Positions 10,968-19,292 of a DNA stretch of 51,404 bases are shown here, one piece after another. Positions within the stretch are counted from its first letter, which is position 1. Each line of letters starts with the position of its first letter. Source of the stretch: an uncultured Candidatus Poseidoniales archaeon (GTDB lineage: Archaea > Thermoplasmatota > Poseidoniia > Poseidoniales > Thalassarchaeaceae). Made by a program: the position numbers and the translations under genes. The stretch covers positions 1-51,404 of the forward strand of contig CABXQY010000002.1 in the NCBI GenBank assembly GCA_902514485.1, given 5' to 3'. The notes below the pieces were generated by a model, which saw only the letters and a list, made by a program, of their open reading frames with translations, did not search any database and had not been told where the DNA came from.

Positions 10968-11375
10968 CTAACCTAAATCATATTGTTCAGATGATTTTCT
11001 TCCAATCCATATACAAACTGCGATCAATAAAATCTGCACAGTTGCCCTAAATATGTGCCAATTGGTTCCAAACTTTGAACCCCCTATAGCAATATCATTA
11101 ACCCACATATTGAAATTTGCTGTGTACAAAACAACCAACATTAAAGCAATCCCATAACCAGAAATTTCACGAGTTTTAGGAATTATCAAACCAATCCCTA
11201 AGACTATCTCAAATACTCCACTAGCATATACCCAAAATGTAGGATAACCAATCAAATCAGGGACTATTGGTTCGAACCATGCCGGATCTTGAAAATGTAA
11301 AATTCCAATCCAAATTAATGGTAAGCCAAGAATTAATGACAATGTTGTCAATAAAATTTTAATCATAATAGTCAC
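10968..11375 (-). CDS. DoxX-like small integral membrane protein
   Basis: 135-aa ORF with four hydrophobic segments (LILGLPLIWIGILHF, FWVYASGVFEIVLGIGLII, GYGIALMLVVLYTANF, VQILLIAVCIWIG). The GTG start overlaps the upstream stop (GTGA); an alternative ATG lies at 11364-11366. The family call is tentative. Confidence 0.5.
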   Translation of the reverse strand: MTIMIKILLTTLSLILGLPLIWIGILHFQDPAWFEPIVPDLIGYPTFWVYASGVFEIVLGIGLIIPKTREISGYGIALMLVVLYTANFNMWVNDIAIGGSKFGTNWHIFRATVQILLIAVCIWIGRKSSEQYDLG

Positions 11376-13888
11376 TCAAAACGAATTGTCTCAATTGATT
11401 CGCAATGTGGGCAGGTCGTTCGAGCTATATCGACACCCTCGGGCATATCTACTTCGAACAACTTCTCACAGTTAGAACAAGAACTCCGGACTGTTCTGTT
11501 ACTTGTAACAGGCTCTGGTTCTGGTTCTGGCTCTGGCTCTGGTTCAAGTTCAGGTGCCTCGACAACTTCTGAGCCAGGAAGAGAAATACCTGCAAGTGGA
11601 TCTTCTGAAGGAGTCCATATTTCTTCTGAATTCGCTAAATCATCAAATACATGTTCAACATTTTCTATATCAACTGCATCATCTTCCAAGAAAGCAGAAA
11701 GCAACTCACTTGCTTGACTATTAGTAGGAGCGGAAGTCGGAGGCGGAGAAGAAGCCATTAGTTCCGCTAAATCTGGATCTAATTCGATTGTTGAAGAAAT
11801 CGTTGGTGTACCTGAAGGAGGAGGAGTAGGAAGTCCAGACATCCCCGAAGAGTAGCCTCCGAGGCCCGTCTGCATTCCAGGTTGTGAAAGAGGATTTACT
11901 GGATTTGATGAGCTGCCCCACATTGCTTTCTGTTCTTCAACAGAAGGAGGCGCTACATCTTTCGTAACCTCTTCTTCGGCCTGTTCGGCTAAAATCGCTG
12001 CTATTTTCCTATTCTCTAGTATTCTAAAAGTTACAAAACCAAGTATTGCAAGTATTACCGCTATAGCTACTATTATTGTAATGATTGATAACCAATCAAT
12101 GCCTTCTGAATTCCCAGTTGGCGACACTACAGTAACTAATATTTCTGCCTCTGTAGTGAGTCCTTCGTCATTCTCAATAGTACAGACTACCCAAAATACT
12201 CCCGCTTTAGGGAATACATGGTTGACCTGAGGGCCGACACCTTCATTGTCATTAGAAGTGATACCATCTCCGTCAGAATCTTTGTCTCTATCAAAGTCCC
12301 AAGTATAGATTAAATTGGTTGATTCAGAATCAGTTGCTGGAACTGAAAATGGGTAGGCTTGGTTAACTACGACTTGTAACTCCGACATAAATGTTGAATC
12401 GATACTAGGGGGAGTTGGATCGTATAGATTGATATTTGCAATATCATCTGTTATTAATCCTGAATTATCTGTAACTCGAAGAGTTATAGTATGCATTCCA
12501 GAAATATATGATGAGTCAAAAATATGGTTAAATGAGGTTGCTGATAAATCGGAGCCAGAATATGTTTCTAAAACCACACCATCGACCAACCATTCAACTG
12601 TTGCAACACCATAATTATCTGAAAATTGCCCACTGAGTACTATGTTTTCTCCATAACCACGAGTTATATCAGAAGTGATATCAATATCAGCAACTGGATT
12701 AGAAATATCTCTAACCTCTATGTCCTTGAAAACTGTTGAACTACGTGAATCTGTAGAAACAACAGTTAATTTGAGTGTGAGATTTGTTGGAGCATCCCAA
12801 GAAACATCTGTTGAGAATCCGCTAACATCGTTGAATCCATCTCCATCAATATCCCAATTCACACTATCTATTTGGTTTGATAGGTTTGGTGTTTCACTTG
12901 CGTTCAGTGTAATGACTTCTCCGACATCAATTAACGTTAAAGAATCAGAGTTTGAAAGTACTGCTTGGACTACTGGTGTCAAGGAAGAAACGACAGTTGT
13001 GGCAACGGCTGTAGTTCCTGCACCTCCGGCTCCTGCACGATTATCTACAATTATGTAAAGGGGAATCTCAGTGTATGGAGATATTGCAGACCAAACTGTA
13101 CTACCAGAACTTGTGACTGATAGTAAATCAGCTTGATTAATTCTTGAAGCGGCTACTGTTCCGTTCGCTGCTGCGGATTCATACGAATTCTTCTGTGCTT
13201 CTGTCATCAAAAATATATCTGGAGCACCTTCCATAGTTGTGACATCAATGGAAACTTGAGTTCCTTCATCTAAAGTAAATGGACCTGCTATTATTTCATA
13301 TCCATTATTATCAAGTCTAACTATTGTATCTGCAATTGAGAATTCAGGGCTTACAACCTGTTGAACATCCATGGCTACATTGGCTGTGCTACCTCCTTGG
13401 GCACCTTGACCACTATCTTGAGGATGGGCTAAATTATCTATCACCATGTACCAACGAGTAGATTGCCCCTCATCTGGAACTGTCCAGTGCCAAGAACCTT
13501 GACCACTAAATGATTCAAAGACTGAATCTTCTTCCCAAATTAGATCTGTTCGATAATTTTGTTCGTTTTGATAAGTAGTCCTAGCATTGGATGTGAAAAG
13601 TAGTATATCGATTTCTGAATCACTATCGATTTCAAATGAAAATGTCGTACCAGGAGCCAATACTTCGAGGAAATCTATAGTTACACAAGACTGATCGGAT
13701 ATCTCCCAACTTGCAGGCATCATACCTATATCCGCACTAGTACAACCGATAATTCCCTTGGAATCAGCAGATGCCAGAGGGCTAGCAATAGAAAGAATAA
13801 GGACAAGCAAAATGGCTGACGTGACTCTACGCATTACCTTAGCGTGAACTTTTCCTTTTTGAATCGTATTGTGGTTACGTTCGCCCAT
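11372..13888 (-). CDS. PKD-domain surface protein with TM anchor, (EP)6 tract and C-terminal zinc ribbon
   Basis: 838-aa ORF with a signal-like AILLVLILSIASPLASA. It has two PKD-like modules (NWDIDGDGFNDVSGF..LKLTVVSTD and YTWDFDRDKDSDGDG..HVFPKAGVFWVVCTIENDEG) and a TM (WLSIITIIVAIAVILAILGFVTF). The cytoplasmic tail is P/S/E-rich with EPEPEPEPEPEP and ends in CSNC-x18-CPHC. Confidence 0.8.
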   Translation of the reverse strand: MGERNHNTIQKGKVHAKVMRRVTSAILLVLILSIASPLASADSKGIIGCTSADIGMMPASWEISDQSCVTIDFLEVLAPGTTFSFEIDSDSEIDILLFTSNARTTYQNEQNYRTDLIWEEDSVFESFSGQGSWHWTVPDEGQSTRWYMVIDNLAHPQDSGQGAQGGSTANVAMDVQQVVSPEFSIADTIVRLDNNGYEIIAGPFTLDEGTQVSIDVTTMEGAPDIFLMTEAQKNSYESAAANGTVAASRINQADLLSVTSSGSTVWSAISPYTEIPLYIIVDNRAGAGGAGTTAVATTVVSSLTPVVQAVLSNSDSLTLIDVGEVITLNASETPNLSNQIDSVNWDIDGDGFNDVSGFSTDVSWDAPTNLTLKLTVVSTDSRSSTVFKDIEVRDISNPVADIDITSDITRGYGENIVLSGQFSDNYGVATVEWLVDGVVLETYSGSDLSATSFNHIFDSSYISGMHTITLRVTDNSGLITDDIANINLYDPTPPSIDSTFMSELQVVVNQAYPFSVPATDSESTNLIYTWDFDRDKDSDGDGITSNDNEGVGPQVNHVFPKAGVFWVVCTIENDEGLTTEAEILVTVVSPTGNSEGIDWLSIITIIVAIAVILAILGFVTFRILENRKIAAILAEQAEEEVTKDVAPPSVEEQKAMWGSSSNPVNPLSQPGMQTGLGGYSSGMSGLPTPPPSGTPTISSTIELDPDLAELMASSPPPTSAPTNSQASELLSAFLEDDAVDIENVEHVFDDLANSEEIWTPSEDPLAGISLPGSEVVEAPELEPEPEPEPEPEPVTSNRTVRSSCSNCEKLFEVDMPEGVDIARTTCPHCESIETIRFE

Positions 13889-13900
13889 GCATCATACAAA

Positions 13901-14182
13901 TTATGGCTTTTTAGGTATAGGAGTTGGAGGAAACCATCGTAGAATTACAACATCACCAATAGATCTGACCCAGCTCCAAGGTATGGCCACATGAATTCTT
14001 CCTTCAACCAGACTGGGGGGGGGATCTGAAACGAATAAATGAGTACAAGACCATGCTTCAGACTCTGCTGAAAGTACAGTATCGTGCACAGTCCCTAATA
14101 CTCTTCCATCAGGAATAATCACAGGAAGACCACGAATAGAACTCATGTCTCGCTCGACCATTGAGACAGTCGGTGAACTCAA
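13901..14182 (-). CDS. Small PRC-barrel-like protein (tentative)
   Basis: 93-aa ORF with a TTG start; the ATG at 14159-14161 would give 86 aa. The GLPVIIPDGRVLGTVHDTVL pattern resembles PRC-barrel strands. This is a weak motif-level call. Confidence 0.4.
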   Translation of the reverse strand: MSSPTVSMVERDMSSIRGLPVIIPDGRVLGTVHDTVLSAESEAWSCTHLFVSDPPPSLVEGRIHVAIPWSWVRSIGDVVILRWFPPTPIPKKP

Positions 14183-14210
14183 GTGAAATCAACCTTCGGC
14201 TGAATATTAC

Positions 14211-14801
14211 TTATTTACCACGGTTTTTGTTAGCCTTCAAGCTTGGGCGAAGTTTCTCTGCACCCTTACCTTTGTTGTATAGACCACGGCCGCGCTTTCC
14301 AGCACTTGTCATACCGCGCATGGCTCGTCCCTTGTGATGATTATCTGCAACCCAAGACCATTGACTATCCGCTTTAACAACTGGATGGTTAGGATCTAAT
14401 AGAATAACTTCGAAAAATTTGTTCTTTCCATCTTCTCCAACCCAATATGAGTTTAGAACTCTAAGGTTTGGATATCTTCGAGAAACACGCTCTTCTGCGA
14501 TTCTTTGAATTGACTTAGCCATAGTAATTTTTGTTACACCAGCCTTTGAAGGTTTACGCTTCATGTTTACTACACCCTTACGTAGTCCACCACGACGAAC
14601 ACGTGTTCTGCAGATTACTACACCTTGCTTTGCACGGTATCCAACACGACGAGCTGCATCAATACGAGTAGGTTTATCGATTCGCTGAAACACTGGTTCG
14701 TGGCGCCATACAGCCATTCGACCAGTCCTATGACGAGGTTCCATGCTTTGCTTTGGACTCTTCCAAGCCGAACGTACGTACTTTGTAACTCCCATATTCA
14801 T
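14211..14801 (-). CDS. rpl15e: 50S ribosomal protein L15e
   Basis: MNMGVTKYVRSAWKSPK matches the L15e N-terminal Y-x-R-x-AWK-x-P pattern, and the body is very basic (RVRRGGLRKG, KGRGLYNKGKGAEK). The ORF-track start at 14876 adds 25 non-conserved residues, so the ATG at 14799-14801 is preferred. Confidence 0.9.
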   Translation of the reverse strand: MNMGVTKYVRSAWKSPKQSMEPRHRTGRMAVWRHEPVFQRIDKPTRIDAARRVGYRAKQGVVICRTRVRRGGLRKGVVNMKRKPSKAGVTKITMAKSIQRIAEERVSRRYPNLRVLNSYWVGEDGKNKFFEVILLDPNHPVVKADSQWSWVADNHHKGRAMRGMTSAGKRGRGLYNKGKGAEKLRPSLKANKNRGK

Positions 14802-14913
14802 CCCTCGTAGCGAGTCGCCGACTTGACATCCCTTTATGAGTCTATATCCAAGACCTTGAACATGAAAATATATCAAAATCTTTCAAATCAATCAATTCCA
14901 TTGTTTAAAAATG

Positions 14914-15009
14914 CATTCATTGAGTCTGATTTGTATCATTAATTACCCATTCAAAAAATGATTCTAAACTAGGAAGAAGATTCGCACCAGAGTCTGTTAA
15001 CTAATACAC
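14914..15009 (-). pseudogene. Ghost copy of the 3' end of the FAS1-HxlR gene (last ~27 codons plus stop, with an in-frame TAG)
   Basis: An ungapped alignment of 14914-15009 to 16172-16267 gives 75 of 96 identical bases by hand count. The minus strand reads VY*LTDSGANLLPSLESFFEWVINDTNQTQ*. The intact gene's C-terminus reads VYKLTDSGASLLPSLETFFEWVLNDTNETE*. Confidence 0.7.
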
Positions 15010-15041
15010 TTCAGAGATTATACTCACAAGTATTTCCATTA

Positions 15042-15530
15042 TTATCTTTTGAGTATAAAGAATCCTATTATTATACCGAGAAATACCAATTCTAATGTTT
15101 CATGATTACTTGACCAATAGAGAAATTCTAACCAAGATTCATCGAATCCTATATTTTTCATTTCTTCATCAAAGTCTGAGATTCTAGAAATAAGATTAAT
15201 TATAGACAACAGAATAATAAAAATTCCAGAACCGACTCTTACAGTATTTGATTTAATATTACCAGTGAATTTTAAACCAGAGATAAGCAATATAGAAAAA
15301 ATTGTTGCTGTATACAATATCCAACTAATAATATCAGTGGTATCCCCTCCATATTCGAAATAATCAATAATATCTATATATTCTCCGAAAGCTAATATTG
15401 CAGTCGGAAGTAGTAGTAAGAGGCAAAAAATTCCAAAAATATACTCTAATGTATATTTCGAATCTTCAGATGATGTCAGCAATTTGTCATCATCCATGTT
15501 CATCGCAAAGGGTATTCGCCTTTCATACAT
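15042..15530 (-). CDS. Hypothetical multi-pass membrane protein
   Basis: 162-aa ORF with about four hydrophobic segments (IFGIFCLLLLLPTAILAF, ILYTATIFSILLISGL, GSGIFIILLSIINLI, LELVFLGIIIGFFIL). No family was recognised. Confidence 0.5.
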   Translation of the reverse strand: MYERRIPFAMNMDDDKLLTSSEDSKYTLEYIFGIFCLLLLLPTAILAFGEYIDIIDYFEYGGDTTDIISWILYTATIFSILLISGLKFTGNIKSNTVRVGSGIFIILLSIINLISRISDFDEEMKNIGFDESWLEFLYWSSNHETLELVFLGIIIGFFILKR

Positions 15531-16015
15531 ACGTCATATAAAATATCCATGAATTCAATTTGAATCATAGGGTCTTCAATGAGACAGTATCGGTTATACA
15601 AACACAAAATAATACAATAACCCTACAAGAACTCCAATATCTATAGTAACAAACAATATTTTCATTGGCAAAGGAGCAATTTTCCAAAAATGACCTAATC
15701 CTTTATTTTCTTCACTCATATTATGTCGAAATCAATAGAAGTATTAATTGTACCCCTGTTGAAAATCAAGGATAGCGTAATTAATGGAAATTACTGAGTT
15801 TTAGCTGTTTAACCTAATAATGGCGTAACACTCATCACTGTAATAGCGAAAGATGCGTAGAAGCCAATTAGTATTGTTAGTATGTGTCCTGCGTGCATTA
15901 TTATACGTCGTAATGATTCATTAATGAATGCCTGTTTACTTTTGTATTTTTGACTTAAATATACTTGTATCTTTTCGCACAATTTTGAAATTTAATTTTC
16001 TTAATTTGTGTTTTT

Positions 16016-16041
16016 TGGTCCGCGCTCCCGGACTTGAACCG
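16016..16041. repeat. att copy 1: 26-nt direct repeat identical to the 3' end of tRNA-Tyr (antisense)
   Basis: TGGTCCGCGCTCCCGGACTTGAACCG is identical to 19846-19871 and 27822-27847. Identity with copy 2 extends over 39 nt (16011-16049 = 19841-19879). Confidence 0.9.
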
Positions 16042-16171
16042 AAGTCCGGCAGGTAAGGAGGCATTTCTCTTACTGAGGGAGATATCTACACAGTATTTGG
16101 AAGATATTCGTAAAGGTAAAACTGGAACTGTAAAGCAGCTGCTGACTTTGCTTTCAGGGGTGAAACAATGA
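16016..16171 (+). pseudogene. Relic integrase C-terminal fragment, int(C)-like and AT-rich
   Basis: The frame entering the repeat as WSALPDLN continues RSPAGKEAFLLLREISTQYLEDIRKGKTGTVKQLLTLLSGVKQ to the TGA at 16169-16171. It has the same length as the tail at 19870-19998 and 23 of 43 residues are identical. No matching int(N) lies upstream of the next att copy. Confidence 0.7.
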
Positions 16172-16174
16172 CAT

Positions 16175-18979
16175 TTATTCAGTTTCATTTGTGTCATTGA
16201 GAACCCATTCAAAAAATGTCTCTAAACTAGGAAGGAGAGATGCACCGGAATCAGTCAATTTGTACACAACTGTCGGAGGTACAGTCTCAAAATCTGTTCT
16301 TTCTACTAGATTATGGTCCTCTAATTCACCCAGTCTTCTTGTTAGTGTGGTAGAAGAGGTATCAACTCTATTTTTTAATTCTGTAAATCGTATTGGATTT
16401 TCTTCTGAATGCAATGTATGAATAATTTGAACCATTTTTGATCTAGAAAGAAGTGTCAATAGTTCATCTGCTTCAACATCTTGTTTCATTATTATGGAAT
16501 CTAATCGTGACTTGGGGGATCTTATTGCAGCCGTACCGACTAGAACCAATACCATAGCGAACACTATTATCGCTCCAAAGATTGCACTGCTTTGACCTAA
16601 AATAACTGAAGGTCCACTGCCATCAACATTAGAGCTATCATCCTGTAAAGGTGTATCTTCAACTGGAGTTTCTATGGTTTTATCTACTGTTTCTTCCACA
16701 GGTTCTTCCACAGGTTCTTCCACAGGTTCTTCCACAGGTTCTTCCACAGGTTCTTCCACAGGTTCTTCCACAGGTTCTTCCACAGGTTCTTCCACTGGCT
16801 CCTCCACAGGTTCTTCCACTGGCTCCTCCACAGGTTCTTCCACTGGTTCTTCTACAGGTTCTTCTTCTGTTGGCATCAGTATTTTATCGATAATATAAAT
16901 CACACCATTTTCTACTCCTTGAGAATAAAGAATCTTTGCCTCATTAACGAAAATATTACCTTCACAATCATTTGTAATGGTTATCGGAAACGAATCCGTA
17001 GTTTCCATGTCGAACTCTGTAGGTGTGCATTCATCAGAGAATGATAATACCCAGTCAAATGAAATATGATTGAGAAGGATTTCAGACAATCCTTCGAGTT
17101 TCTGGAGACTATCATAATCGTCAAGATCTATTCCAGCTGCAGCAAATGCTTCATCTGTTGGAGCAAATATTGTCATCCCCATCTGAGGACTATTCTCTAC
17201 ATTAATATCGTCCATCAACATGGTCATTCCCAAAGCATCCATTAAATCTCCAAATTCTCCATCATTCTCTAGGTTGGATGGGATATCAAATCTAGGATTG
17301 AACCTTGGCTCATCATTATTCGGTGGCGTGAAATTAAAGCTTGAAGGAATTAGAACGCTATCAATGACTTGAATCATGCCGTTATCTGTAGCTGAAGAAA
17401 AAGAAGGCCAATCGGTAGTCTCGGAGAATCCATAAACTCGATTATCTGTATCAATGACATTAGCCTGATTAACTGTAACATTTCCTTGACAATCATTTGA
17501 AATTATGACGGTCTCTGTCCAAGAGCTGTAGTTAAATGGATCTGCATATTCTCCATTTTGCATTGGCGTCCAGTCTGTAGTGTAAGGCTGGCAATAAGGT
17601 TCGTATTCGCCACTCGAACTGTTGTAGGCCATTCCCATGTCCAATCCATATGGCCCTGCAAAAGTTACATGATAGAGCAAGACTTCTGTCAATACATCGA
17701 TCCCCTCTGGAGAATCAAAATCATCTAGATAAATGCCAGTGGCATCGAAAGCATCGTTGGTAGGAGCAAATACAGTATATCCCATCTGAGGAGTGTTTTC
17801 TGGACTAAGAACTTCTGTTAGATTAGTCATCTCTAAGGCTTGTAATAGCGTGCTAAAGTAGGGAGAATTTTGAAATGCCCACAAAACAGTATCGTGCTCA
17901 CTGATTCCATATTCATCTATCTCTAATTTACTCTGATCGTCATTTAACTCAAACCAATGTTCCCAGGAGTCTTCGGGGTATACAAAAGTATAGTCAAGGC
18001 AGTAATTTGCGTCCAAATCTGCTTCCAACCAGTCACCTCCTACTTCTGTAGCGTAGAATGCGTGCATTATGCAAATCTCTTCTGAGCCGCCTAGATAAGA
18101 CCATGAAGTGAGATCTTCATTTGTTCCAGCCGGAATGTATGATGTACCTTCTCCTTGGAAATATCCTAGAATGTTGCATCCCGAAGAATGAGCCATGCCT
18201 ATGTTATTTGCTGTTGAAACGGAAAAGCTAGCATCTTCTGCAGCACCTCCAAATCCATAATCACATAGCATTGATTGTACCGATATATCGAAAGCGGTTA
18301 CGTCTACAGATGTATCAATGGTCAGTACCATGGTTTCATTAGTTACATCACCAAAGCCGACGATCACTTCTGAGCTTGAATCCGATCCATCCACTACTTC
18401 TGAGTTCGCATATGGATTTTCTACCTCAGGTTCGCTTTCACCATCATCAAGTTCATACCATACATCATTCGGCCATTCAGTTTCATACCGAGTATAAGTC
18501 AGACAATCATTGGGATCAAAGTCTGCTTGTCGAGTTTCGAACTCCCCCTCAGTTAACATGACCGTATAGGACGCATTCCCGATGCATACCTCTGGGCTAT
18601 TAGATTGATAGTAGAAGGATGTGAGAGTATCATTACTACCTGAGGGGATCCATCTTTCTCCTTGCGCCCCGTAATAGTATCCTGAAGTAGAACATCCAGC
18701 ATAGAGGATGCTGACAAACAAATCATGTTCTTCAGAGAGTCCGCCCCATGATTGTACCCCACAATAAATAGACCCAGAATCCCAAACAAATGTTACGAAG
18801 TATGCATACACATCTACTGAGGTATCCATTGTTAGTACCATTGTATCATTAGTAACATCACCAAAACCAATAGTCACTTCTGAGTTTGAATTCGATTCAT
18901 CTACGTCAGCAGATACCTGGGATGCAGGAAGGGCAATCATCATTAAGCAAATTAATAGTACTCTCAATTGGGACATCAT
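16175..18979 (-). CDS. Type-I membrane protein: two N-terminal repeat modules + two FAS1 (fasciclin) domains + (EEPV)n linker + TM + cytoplasmic HxlR-type winged-helix DNA-binding domain
   Basis: 934-aa ORF with signal peptide LLICLMMIALPASQVSA. It has two paralogous modules (SEVTIGFGDVTNDTMVLTMDTSVDV and SEVIVGFGDVTNETMVLTIDTSVDV). FAS1 motifs occur twice (TVFAPTNDAFDATG..IQVIDSVLIP and TIFAPTDEAFAAAG..VIYIIDKILMP). After the TM (AIFGAIIVFAMVLVLVGTAAI), the last 115 aa carry an HxlR pattern: RFTELKNRV..SSTTLTRRLGELEDHNLVERTDFETVPPTVVYKLTDSGASL. Confidence 0.85.
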   Translation of the reverse strand: MMSQLRVLLICLMMIALPASQVSADVDESNSNSEVTIGFGDVTNDTMVLTMDTSVDVYAYFVTFVWDSGSIYCGVQSWGGLSEEHDLFVSILYAGCSTSGYYYGAQGERWIPSGSNDTLTSFYYQSNSPEVCIGNASYTVMLTEGEFETRQADFDPNDCLTYTRYETEWPNDVWYELDDGESEPEVENPYANSEVVDGSDSSSEVIVGFGDVTNETMVLTIDTSVDVTAFDISVQSMLCDYGFGGAAEDASFSVSTANNIGMAHSSGCNILGYFQGEGTSYIPAGTNEDLTSWSYLGGSEEICIMHAFYATEVGGDWLEADLDANYCLDYTFVYPEDSWEHWFELNDDQSKLEIDEYGISEHDTVLWAFQNSPYFSTLLQALEMTNLTEVLSPENTPQMGYTVFAPTNDAFDATGIYLDDFDSPEGIDVLTEVLLYHVTFAGPYGLDMGMAYNSSSGEYEPYCQPYTTDWTPMQNGEYADPFNYSSWTETVIISNDCQGNVTVNQANVIDTDNRVYGFSETTDWPSFSSATDNGMIQVIDSVLIPSSFNFTPPNNDEPRFNPRFDIPSNLENDGEFGDLMDALGMTMLMDDINVENSPQMGMTIFAPTDEAFAAAGIDLDDYDSLQKLEGLSEILLNHISFDWVLSFSDECTPTEFDMETTDSFPITITNDCEGNIFVNEAKILYSQGVENGVIYIIDKILMPTEEEPVEEPVEEPVEEPVEEPVEEPVEEPVEEPVEEPVEEPVEEPVEEPVEEPVEEPVEETVDKTIETPVEDTPLQDDSSNVDGSGPSVILGQSSAIFGAIIVFAMVLVLVGTAAIRSPKSRLDSIIMKQDVEADELLTLLSRSKMVQIIHTLHSEENPIRFTELKNRVDTSSTTLTRRLGELEDHNLVERTDFETVPPTVVYKLTDSGASLLPSLETFFEWVLNDTNETE
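16691..16870. repeat. 12-nt tandem repeat (about 15 units) encoding (EEPV)n within the FAS1-HxlR gene
   Basis: TTCTTCCACAGG is repeated head-to-tail, with a few CACTGGCTCC variants near the 3' side. On the coding (minus) strand it gives EEPVEEPVEEPV... Confidence 0.9.
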
Positions 18980-19292
18980 AACCTATCTCATCTACTTACC
19001 CCATATAAAGAACCGTTTTCATAGTAACAGACTCGTTACTGCCCTAGTAACATACCCGTAACCATTAAAATTTTATCAAAAAGTCATATTCTAGAGAAAT
19101 ATTTCAATTTCATGGAAATAATTTATCTCATAGTATGTCTTTAGTTTTCGGAAAAATTATCTGCTCGATTGAGCGCCCACAAGAGGTGTACTCAGCGATT
19201 TGGCCAATAGATATTGAGGTGTGAATGACATTTGCTCAATGATCGTTGATAAATAAACAAGTCTCTTTAAGCGAAAGTGTGAAGCCAAATAC

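Noticed and set aside
14015-14023. G9 homopolymer (C9 on the coding strand), a possible frameshift site like the one in gpmA
   Set aside because: The 93-aa ORF reads straight through it as SDPPPS, and no alternative frame continues a recognisable protein. There is no evidence of disruption.
15594-15898. Two micro-ORFs on the minus strand: 15594-15719 (MSEENKGLGHFWKIAPLPMKILFVTIDIGVLVGLLYYFVFV) and 15809-15898 (MHAGHILTILIGFYASFAITVMSVTPLLG). A similar one lies at 46768-46923 (MVDWNNQEFLLILAFDILAVTFALWWLSRRVKSKIDEVNLRKSKRWERDEK).
   Set aside because: Each has an ATG and one TM-like segment and fills an intergenic gap. At 29-51 aa there is no way to separate them from chance ORFs without conservation or expression data, so they are not called as features.
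15955-16212. 85-aa minus-strand ORF spanning att copy 1
   Set aside because: It runs antisense through the tRNA-derived att core and the int(C) relic and overlaps the end of the FAS1-HxlR gene. It has no motif. It is explained by the plus-strand relic.
16691-16870. Regular short repeats that could be mistaken for a CRISPR array
   Set aside because: The units are only 12 nt, lie head-to-tail without spacers, and sit in frame inside a coding sequence.
16651-16898. Plus-strand ORFs of 80 and 74 aa made of LPQV and GSST repeats
   Set aside because: They are the antisense reading frames of the 12-nt (EEPV)n repeat inside the 934-aa minus-strand gene. Any frame of a 12-nt repeat stays open, so they are not independent genes.
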